Assembly: GCA_947591495.1 (NCBI GenBank)
Contig: CANQDG010000005.1
Coordinates: forward strand, 3,387 to 67,386
Direction of reading: 5' to 3'
Source of the DNA: an uncultured Bacilli bacterium
Lineage (GTDB): Bacteria; Bacillota_I; Bacilli_A; ML615J-28; CAG-313
Length of the DNA stretch: 64,000 nucleotides
Of the stretch, positions 57,354 to 64,000 are shown piece after piece. The position numbers and the translations under genes are program-made. Position 1 is the stretch's first letter; the number at the start of each line of letters is the position of its first letter. The notes beneath the pieces are model-generated. The model was not told the DNA's origin and did no database searches. It saw only the letters and a program-made list of their open reading frames with translations.

Positions 57354-58935
57354 TGTTTTTTTGTTAATTAAAAATTATTATAAAATGTTTTTCAGCAAAT
57401 TATTAAAACGTCATGAAATAAAAATCTTGCCTATGATTGGGCTTTTAATAATCAGTTTATTATTTGTTTTGATGTTTGCGGGAATATCATATAATACCAT
57501 TCAAATGGCCAAGCAAATTGATGAACCTGAAATGGCTTTATCATCTTTTTCAATAACGATCTTAATGTTTGTTTTAATGCTCATCATTACTGAAAGTAGT
57601 CCAATGCGAAAAAATACCGATGATGAACTATTACTAGCTTTACCATTTGAAAAAAGACAAATCGTAACGGCCAAAGTCCTCTATTTTTTGAGCTTTGATG
57701 TAATTGTCATTGCTTTATTAATTATGCCATCATATATTTTATATAATATCTTAATTGATGGTAGTTCTAAAATGATTAGCTTAAGAGCATGTTATGTCAT
57801 TATTTTGGGTGTCTTTTTGGCCAATGGTATTTCAGGCTTAATTAGTGTTTTCTTTGCTAAAATTACTCAAAATTTTCGCCATAGTGAAATCATTAAATCG
57901 ATTTTTAGTGTTTTTCTAATTATCAGTTTTGCGATATTTTATTTGTTATTTGTCTTTATTAGTCAAGACTTAACCAAAGTTAATGTTATTTATGACATAT
58001 ATTTAGTAAAAGTAATTACAACAGCGATTGCTAAGGGGAAGTTTACTTATTTAATTTTCTTAACAATGATTAGCATGGCTTTGTTTATCATTTCAATTGT
58101 TTTAAAAAGTCATTATTTAGGAAAAAATATCAATCATTATCATGCTAAAACAACTAAATTAACTTTTAAAAAGCAAAAGCCCTTATATTCACTTTATAAA
58201 AAAGAAATTAACAAATATTTTTCTTTACCTATTTATGTTACTAATACGATATTTGGTCCGTTATTTGCCATTGTTTTAGGTATTGTAATTGCAGTAATAG
58301 GCAAAAATTATTTTATTGAACTTTTAAAGACTGTTCTTTCGGTCGGATATGTTGACGGGAATGTTCCTAATAATGTAATGGAAGTTATAAATAGTTATTT
58401 TAATTTTGGCACAATTGCCATTATTGCTTTACTAATTTCTGTAGCGCCAACAACCGCTAGTTCAATTTCCTTAGAAGGCAAACAATTATGGATTTTACAA
58501 GCCCATCCTATTAAATATCGTGATGTTTTAATTGCCAAACTTTTATTAAATATTACTATTATGGAAATTCCTATTATCATTGCAAGTATTTTGATTTCAA
58601 CAAGTATTGGCTTACGATATTTACCATTTATTTTAATTATCTTAACTTTAGTTGTCGTTATTAGTTCTATTATTGGTCTTTATGTTAATCTTTTATATCC
58701 TAAAATTGTATGGGAATCCGAACAAGAAGTTATTAAACAATCAGTAGCAGTTTTGGTTAGTATGCTTCTTAATGTTTTAGTTATTATTGGATCAATTATT
58801 TTATATTGTATAATACCATTAAATGAATATATGAAATTGTTAATGGTTAGCGGTTATAATTTATTAGTTATGCTTTTGGTTCTTTGGCTTCTTTTAAAGA
58901 AAGGGCCTAAATTATATATGCGTTTAGCAAATTAA
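57346..58935 (+). CDS. Putative ABC exporter permease (about 12 TM, 529 aa)
   Basis: Highly hydrophobic and translationally coupled to the ATPase. No recognisable motif. Confidence 0.6.
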   Translation: MNNVFLLIKNYYKMFFSKLLKRHEIKILPMIGLLIISLLFVLMFAGISYNTIQMAKQIDEPEMALSSFSITILMFVLMLIITESSPMRKNTDDELLLALPFEKRQIVTAKVLYFLSFDVIVIALLIMPSYILYNILIDGSSKMISLRACYVIILGVFLANGISGLISVFFAKITQNFRHSEIIKSIFSVFLIISFAIFYLLFVFISQDLTKVNVIYDIYLVKVITTAIAKGKFTYLIFLTMISMALFIISIVLKSHYLGKNINHYHAKTTKLTFKKQKPLYSLYKKEINKYFSLPIYVTNTIFGPLFAIVLGIVIAVIGKNYFIELLKTVLSVGYVDGNVPNNVMEVINSYFNFGTIAIIALLISVAPTTASSISLEGKQLWILQAHPIKYRDVLIAKLLLNITIMEIPIIIASILISTSIGLRYLPFILIILTLVVVISSIIGLYVNLLYPKIVWESEQEVIKQSVAVLVSMLLNVLVIIGSIILYCIIPLNEYMKLLMVSGYNLLVMLLVLWLLLKKGPKLYMRLAN

Positions 58936-58952
58936 TCAAAGAAAAACGTAAA

Positions 58953-58993
58953 AAAACTCCTTCCAACGTATTTATATAGTTGAAAGGAGTTTT
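58953..58993 (+). other. Hairpin whose 3' arm is the SD of the next gene (terminator / RBS-sequestering element)
   Basis: AAAACTCCTT (58953-58962) pairs with AAGGAGTTTT (58984-58993). The ATG of the next gene is at 58998. Confidence 0.5.
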
Positions 58994-58997
58994 TAAA

Positions 58998-59645
58998 ATG
59001 AAAAAAATTTTTAAATTTAATTTAATTTTAATGATGATAGGTCTTATTAGTGGTTTATTAATACCGTCTGAAGCATCAAGTTCAACCGGCCATAAAGATT
59101 ATAATAAAATTACTTTTTTATATAATCCTGAAAGTAAATTATTAGTTAATAATACCACGGGTGAATTAAACATTATGATGAGTAAAGTTAAGAAAAAAGC
59201 TTTTGGTTGGTCGGTGTATTCTAATATTGCTAATAATATAGTTATGTATGAGGCAGGAACAATTTTTTCCCGTTCTAACAATACTTCACAGACCATAGAT
59301 TTTAAATATAATACAACTTATACGACTAAAAAACAATTAAGTTATGGGGGCAGTGGAACAATTGGCATGAAGGCATCGGGTAAAATAGGATCTGTAAGTG
59401 CTTCGCTTGATTCGAGCATTAGAGCAGAAATAGGGGTTAAAAATGATGTAACCTTTGAGGAAGAAATGGATTTTTCCATTAAGATATTACCTAACAAACG
59501 GGTTTCCCTTTTAGTCAAAGGTCTTGCGACATTATCTAATGGTGCATCTAAATATTTCTTTTTAGGCATATGTACGAAAAAGAGCTATTGGGAATGTATA
59601 GATATTATGAATGAGTATTATGAATTGTATGAAGAAGAAATTTAA
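58998..59645 (+). CDS. Small secreted beta-rich protein with an amphipathic Ser/Gly-rich hairpin-like segment (215 aa)
   Basis: Signal peptide MKKIFKFNLILMMIGLISGLLIPSEASS. Alternating-polarity stretch GTIGMKASGKIGSVSASLDSSIRAEIGVK. ATG at 58998 follows SD AAAGGAG. Confidence 0.6.
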   Translation: MKKIFKFNLILMMIGLISGLLIPSEASSSTGHKDYNKITFLYNPESKLLVNNTTGELNIMMSKVKKKAFGWSVYSNIANNIVMYEAGTIFSRSNNTSQTIDFKYNTTYTTKKQLSYGGSGTIGMKASGKIGSVSASLDSSIRAEIGVKNDVTFEEEMDFSIKILPNKRVSLLVKGLATLSNGASKYFFLGICTKKSYWECIDIMNEYYELYEEEI

Positions 59646-60561
59646 AATTATTTTACCATTTGTTATAACTAGCATTTTAGGTCTTGCGATTATTGCTTTT
59701 ATTGTTTTTTCGTTTGTTCGGAAAAAAGATTATAATTATTATCTTGTAAGTGAAGAAAATTATTATTTAGATGCTAATAATCCAACCTTTAATATTGGAA
59801 TTTATAGTAATCACCAACATGATTATTATTTAAATAGTAAGACGATTAATAATGTCAAAATAAAAAATGAGTTAAATGATGAATTTTATACAGTTAAGTT
59901 AAATCAAATTGTCGAAGAAGACAGTATTAAAGTTTATCAAGAAAAAGAATATTATAAATATCGACTTAATATTACTCTTCCCCTTAAGGAAATAGATAAA
60001 TTTCAAATAAATGAGACTTTATTAGAATTTACATATCATTCAGAAGAAAAAATGACCTTAAAAATTGGAAGTCTTATTATTTATAAACCTAGTGATAATT
60101 TGCATTTGAATATTAGTGCGATGAAAGGAATTGTTAATCCGCTTAATAATTTACAAATTCTTTGTGGTATTGGCATTAGCCTTAAAAGCAACGTTGATTT
60201 AATTATGAAAAAGATAATTATTTTAGATGATCGAGTAAGCCTAAAGATGGATGAAATTAAGATTTTAGATAAAACTGATTATCAAAATTCTACTAATCTT
60301 GAAGAACTATTAGAAGGTGGTCGTTTACCTGATTTTGTTTTTAATGATCCATCGCAAGCGATTAAAATTAGTAAAAATACTAATTATCATTATGTCTTAC
60401 CACTTACATATCAGAAATTAACAACAATTAATACACTAGCTTTCAAAATAATTTATGAATACCAAAATGTTGAATATGAATATTTGATTAATCCGTTTAA
60501 ATTTTTTTCAACAACTGCACAAGATTATCAGGTTATAAAATATGTTGCAACTAATAGTTGA
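59611..60561 (+). CDS. Single-pass membrane-anchored protein with a large extracytoplasmic domain
   Basis: TM helix IILPFVITSILGLAIIAFIVFSFV. The true start may be the ATG at 59620 or 59629. Overlaps both neighbouring genes. Confidence 0.55.
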   Translation: MSIMNCMKKKFKIILPFVITSILGLAIIAFIVFSFVRKKDYNYYLVSEENYYLDANNPTFNIGIYSNHQHDYYLNSKTINNVKIKNELNDEFYTVKLNQIVEEDSIKVYQEKEYYKYRLNITLPLKEIDKFQINETLLEFTYHSEEKMTLKIGSLIIYKPSDNLHLNISAMKGIVNPLNNLQILCGIGISLKSNVDLIMKKIIILDDRVSLKMDEIKILDKTDYQNSTNLEELLEGGRLPDFVFNDPSQAIKISKNTNYHYVLPLTYQKLTTINTLAFKIIYEYQNVEYEYLINPFKFFSTTAQDYQVIKYVATNS

Positions 60562-61147
60562 TAATTTAACCAAAAAATATAAAAATAAAACAATTATCCA
60601 AAATGCTTCTTTTATCTTAACCTCAGAAAAATATAACTTCTTTATTGGCGAAAATGGAACAGGTAAATCAACTATGATAAAATGCATTTTAGGTGAAGTT
60701 AAATACGAAGGATTAATTGATAAAAATAATCTAAATATTGCTTATGCACCAGAACAACTAATTTTACCGGAGTATATCACAGTTTATAATTTTTTAAAAT
60801 TATTAGGCTTAACGAAGAATCATCAAAAGCAAAATATTGATGATGATATTAATTATTATTTAAAATGTTTTGATATTTTAGAATATCGAAATCGGCTAAT
60901 TCATCAATTATCAAAAGGAACAAAACAAAAAATACTTTTAATTCAAACCTTTATGAGTGAGGCTGATATTTATTTATTTGATGAACCATTAGGTGGTCTT
61001 GATGAAGAATCACGTAAGCATTTTTTAAATGAATTAAGAAGACTAAAACGTAAAAATAAATTAATTATTATCTGTACTCATTATTTAGAAGAATATCATT
61101 TTAAAGCAAAGACCATTATTAATTTTCCCATTCGAGGTAATATATGA
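60542..61147 (+). CDS. Compact ABC transporter ATP-binding protein (201 aa)
   Basis: Walker A GENGTGKST, signature LSKGTKQK, Walker B YLFDEPLGGLD. Confidence 0.8.
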   Translation: MLQLIVDNLTKKYKNKTIIQNASFILTSEKYNFFIGENGTGKSTMIKCILGEVKYEGLIDKNNLNIAYAPEQLILPEYITVYNFLKLLGLTKNHQKQNIDDDINYYLKCFDILEYRNRLIHQLSKGTKQKILLIQTFMSEADIYLFDEPLGGLDEESRKHFLNELRRLKRKNKLIIICTHYLEEYHFKAKTIINFPIRGNI

Positions 61148-61857
61148 GATTAATAACATTACATAGGAAATATTTGTTAAATAAGATTAATATAATAGTT
61201 ATAATTTTTTTATTGTTAATGGCCATTTTTTTGGCATTTAGTGTTATTGAACCATTTACCGATCAATATAGTCGGTGGACTAATCGCCTTGCAATTGAAG
61301 AAAATTATGAACAATCGTATTTAACTTTTACGAAAATTATTCTTGTTATTTTTTCTTGCTATTTATTTGGGATTGCTTTTGGCAAAAATGGTGATAGCTA
61401 TGCCATTATTATTACTTGTACTATTAATAAAACAAAATATTTTATTACGAAAATCATTTCACTTTGGTTAATATTCACTTTTATAAGCCTATATTTTTTA
61501 GTAAATTATCATATAATCGGTTTTATTTTTAATGATTGGCATATCATCAAAATGGCCACTATTAAAAAATTTGTTGATCTTTATTTAGTAAGTCTTATAT
61601 ATGGTTTTTTAAGTATTATTTTAATGCGGCTTTTTAACAGCCCTTATACGATTATTTTAACAATTGGCCTTTATTTAGCCAGTGAAATTATTTTAGAAGC
61701 AAGTCCTTCAATGCTTGCAAAAGGAATAAATATCTTTTTTCCAACTACATATAATGCAAAAGATGGATTGACATTATTATATGGTAAGTTACATTTAATA
61801 GTTCTTGGATTATCATATCTTTTATTAAGTTATGCTACATACTTGAAAAAAGAATAA
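61144..61857 (+). CDS. ABC-2-like membrane permease (6 TM)
   Basis: ATGA overlap with the ATPase. Six hydrophobic helices. Confidence 0.6.
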   Translation: MRLITLHRKYLLNKINIIVIIFLLLMAIFLAFSVIEPFTDQYSRWTNRLAIEENYEQSYLTFTKIILVIFSCYLFGIAFGKNGDSYAIIITCTINKTKYFITKIISLWLIFTFISLYFLVNYHIIGFIFNDWHIIKMATIKKFVDLYLVSLIYGFLSIILMRLFNSPYTIILTIGLYLASEIILEASPSMLAKGINIFFPTTYNAKDGLTLLYGKLHLIVLGLSYLLLSYATYLKKE

Positions 61858-61881
61858 TAAGACAAAAAAAAGACAAAAGAT

Positions 61882-61910
61882 TTGACGATAGAATAATTTT
61901 TTGATATAAT
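61882..61910 (+). promoter_or_regulatory. SigmaA-like promoter of infC-rpmI-rplT
   Basis: TTGACG-17 nt-TATAAT. Confidence 0.6.
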
Positions 61911-61914
61911 ATAA

Positions 61915-62053
61915 CCGAATTTAATATTGTAGTGAAAAGAAGAAGTCCCACTTCTCACCTGATTGATATTAGTCGATAGGTAAAGAGTCATTAAATAAAA
62001 TCATTTTTAGATAATGAGTAATTATACAGTGGGCATAATACCACTGTTTTTTT
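61915..62053 (+). promoter_or_regulatory. L20-type ribosomal protein leader with attenuator terminator
   Basis: Structured leader (GTGAAAAGAAGAAGTCCCACTTCTCAC...) ending in hairpin ACAGTGG-GCATAATA-CCACTGT plus T7 at 62026-62053, upstream of infC. L20-mediated attenuation is known in Bacillus. Confidence 0.55.
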
Positions 62054-62100
62054 CATATAATATTGATTCCTTGTTACTATTAAATGTGGAGGTGAAATTT

Positions 62101-62640
62101 ATTAGTAAATCAGGCGATAAAAAAGAAAATTTGGTTAATGAAGAAATTGAAGCATCATTTGTTCTTGTTATTTCTGAAGATGGTGAACAATTAGGAAAAA
62201 TGGCTTTAGAAGATGCATTAAAAGAAGCAGAAAATCGTGGCTATGATTTAGTTTGTGTAGCACCTAATGCTCCAGTTCCAGTTTGTAAATTAATGGACTA
62301 CAGCAAATATCGTTATGAACAAGCTAAAAAAGCTAAAGAAGCCAAAAAGAATCAAAAAATTATTTCAATTAAAGAAGTTAGATTAAGTCCAACAATTGAT
62401 GTTGGTGACTTTGAAACAAAATCAAGGGCCGCCAGAAAATTTTTAACTAATGGTGATAAAGTAAAAGTTAGTTGCCGTTTTCGTGGTCGAATGATTGAAC
62501 AAGCAAATAACACAAAAGAATTATTTAATAAATTTGCGATGGGGTTAGAAGACATTGCCCAAATTGAACAAGCACCTTTCCTTGATGGAAGAAATATGTT
62601 CATGTCGCTTGCACCTAAATTGCAAAAGAAGAAAAATTAA
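62101..62640 (+). CDS. infC: Translation initiation factor IF-3 (ATT start)
   Basis: SD GGAGGTG, then ATT at 62101 (the classic infC non-canonical start). ISKSGDKKENLVNEEI... matches the IF-3 N-terminus. The track's ATG at 62014 lies inside the leader/terminator. Confidence 0.88.
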   Translation: MSKSGDKKENLVNEEIEASFVLVISEDGEQLGKMALEDALKEAENRGYDLVCVAPNAPVPVCKLMDYSKYRYEQAKKAKEAKKNQKIISIKEVRLSPTIDVGDFETKSRAARKFLTNGDKVKVSCRFRGRMIEQANNTKELFNKFAMGLEDIAQIEQAPFLDGRNMFMSLAPKLQKKKN

Positions 62641-62660
62641 TTTTAAGGAGATTTTTAATT

Positions 62661-62861
62661 ATGCCAAAAATGAGAACACATAGTGGTGCAAAAAAACGTT
62701 TTGTCATCACTGCATCTGGTAAAGTTAGACGTGGCCAAGCCGGCAATAGACATCTTGCACCAGGAAAAACACATAAACAAACTAGACAAACTCGCAAATT
62801 TGCTCTTGTATCTTCAAGTGATAGAAGACATTTAAGACAAATTTTGTCTAATATTAAGTAG
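62661..62861 (+). CDS. rpmI: 50S ribosomal protein L35
   Basis: MPKMRTHSGAKKRF. Confidence 0.97.
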   Translation: MPKMRTHSGAKKRFVITASGKVRRGQAGNRHLAPGKTHKQTRQTRKFALVSSSDRRHLRQILSNIK

Positions 62862-62874
62862 GAGGTAAAAATTT

Positions 62875-63234
62875 ATGCCACGTACTAAAGGCGGAGTCGT
62901 TTCAAGAAGAAGACGTAATAAAGTATTAAAACAAGCTAAAGGATACTTTGGCTCTAAACATTGTTTATTTAAAGTTGCTAATCAACAAGTAATGAAGTCC
63001 CTTGCTTATGCATATCGCGATCGTAAAAATAACAAACGTAATTTCCGTAAATTATGGATTGTTAGAATTAATATCGCAAGTCGTGCCCTTGGACTTAGTT
63101 ATAATCAATTAATGCATGGTTTAAAATTAGCTAATATCGATATCAATCGTAAAATGTTAGCTGACCTTGCGGTAAATGATGCAACAATGTTTGCTAATCT
63201 TTGTGAAACAGCAAAACAAGCACTTGCAAAATAA
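62875..63234 (+). CDS. rplT: 50S ribosomal protein L20
   Basis: [26 protein letters not shown]. Confidence 0.97.
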   Translation: MPRTKGGVVSRRRRNKVLKQAKGYFGSKHCLFKVANQQVMKSLAYAYRDRKNNKRNFRKLWIVRINIASRALGLSYNQLMHGLKLANIDINRKMLADLAVNDATMFANLCETAKQALAK

Positions 63235-63240
63235 TAAAAT

Positions 63241-63278
63241 AAAAGACCAATTAGACATTTAATCTAATTGGTCTTTTT
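63241..63278. terminator. Bidirectional intrinsic terminator
   Basis: 14-bp stem AAAAGACCAATTAG / CTAATTGGTCTTTT with flanking A and T runs. Confidence 0.8.
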
Positions 63279-63288
63279 AGTTATTATA

Positions 63289-64000
63289 TTAATGTTTTTT
63301 TCTTAAGATTAAGATTGCTCCAGCAAGTAAAGTAATTTCACCTATCATAGGGATGATTGCACTTTTTTTGCAACCCTTACGGCCTTTTTCATTAGAACTA
63401 TTAGGTGATTCCCAAATTGCAGTTAAAGTAATATCATGATTAGTTCCTGCAGGAATACTAGTAATAATTGTTCCATCTAAACTCCAACCAACAAATTTAG
63501 ATCCCTCTTTGGTTGGTGCAAACAGACGTTTTGGTAAGTCTTTATCATAAAATTCAGTAGGGTTATAAGAATTATTAGTGCCACCATCTAGTTCATAAGT
63601 GATTTTATAAGGAGCTTTTTCCCAAGTAGCTGTCAAAGTAATATCATGATAAGTTTCATCAGGGATAGTTGTAGTTACTTTTCGGCCACCATCTAATTTC
63701 CAACCTGTAAAAAGATAGCCAGCCTTTGTTGGTGCTTTTAAGAAAGTGGTTAAATCAATAGGCAACATGGTTCCAGTAAATGAAGTTGGATTAGTAGGAT
63801 CATTTTGTCCTCCTTCTAATTCATAATTAATCTGATATTCTAAAAGCGCTTCATTTAAAATTAGCGGTATTTCTTTCGTTAATGTAGTATTATCAGCTTT
63901 TAAAATTTCAACAGTAAAATTGTAATTATAATTTGTAAAAAAGCCAAACCAAGTTTTAGAAGTAATTTTATTGGTATTAATTGTTAAACTTTCGTTAATT
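63289..64000 (-). CDS. C-terminal part of a large Listeria-Bacteroides-repeat surface protein with a C-terminal TM anchor; the 5' end lies outside the window
   Basis: The minus-strand frame stays open to base 64000 (...INYELEGGQNDPTNPTSFTGTMLPI...). Repeats YELDGG.NN..NP..F...LP.....PTK.G..F.GW. Tail IIPMIGEITLLAGAILILRKKH. Confidence 0.75.
   Translation of the reverse strand, partial: INESLTINTNKITSKTWFGFFTNYNYNFTVEILKADNTTLTKEIPLILNEALLEYQINYELEGGQNDPTNPTSFTGTMLPIDLTTFLKAPTKAGYLFTGWKLDGGRKVTTTIPDETYHDITLTATWEKAPYKITYELDGGTNNSYNPTEFYDKDLPKRLFAPTKEGSKFVGWSLDGTIITSIPAGTNHDITLTAIWESPNSSNEKGRKGCKKSAIIPMIGEITLLAGAILILRKKH

Noticed and set aside
55949-58935. Membrane protein plus ABC ATPase plus 12-TM permease as a novel system
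   Set aside because: The architecture is typical of ordinary ABC-2 exporters with an accessory membrane protein. No unusual motif or context was seen, so it is listed only as features.
62014-62100. ATG-initiated 5' extension of infC
   Set aside because: It would be translated through the leader terminator hairpin. The SD plus ATT at 62101 fits the known infC start.
1-64000. Searched by eye for rRNA, tRNA, CRISPR arrays, IS/transposase genes and prophage modules
   Set aside because: No cloverleaf-like intergenic segments, no regularly spaced repeats with three or more copies, and no transposase, integrase-cargo or phage structural genes were recognised. Intergenic regions are explained by promoters, leaders and terminators. 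A covariance-model scan is still needed to exclude small RNAs.

Overview
This is an AT-rich chromosomal segment, roughly 30% G+C by eye (not computed), from a low-GC Firmicute. It uses the standard code: TGA acts as a stop and ORFs are long under table 11. Most of the window is Bacillus-like core synteny: uvrB'-mnmA-recD2; polA-mutM/coaE-dnaB-dnaI-Tbox-thrS; trmFO-xerC; rpsB-tsf-pyrH-frr; uppS-cdsA-dxr-rseP; nagA; infC-rpmI-rplT. A clear cotE and a SafA-like LysM gene indicate an endospore former of Bacilli/Erysipelotrichia type; the exact taxon cannot be determined from here. Between the core blocks lie accessory or lineage-specific units:
- a GH18 lipoprotein;
- an agmatinase coupled to a tandem-duplicated AdoMetDC-fold protein;
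- an orphan PglX/Eco57I-like N6-adenine methyltransferase;
- an XRE regulator with operators and a 30-bp-stem hairpin;
- a DtxR-family repressor with three palindromic boxes in front of feoA-feoA-feoB;
- two large Listeria-Bacteroides-repeat surface proteins;
- two ABC-type clusters, one led by a small secreted beta-rich protein.
The strongest candidate for a previously undescribed system is a self-contained operon at 36.2-40.3 kb. It encodes two paralogous ThsB/TIR-like proteins with a shared unknown C-terminal module, translationally coupled to a GH127/DUF1680-family gene that carries one in-frame stop. I saw no rRNA, tRNA, CRISPR array, transposase or prophage genes. All functional calls rest on motif recognition by eye and remembered family signatures; no database search was run.
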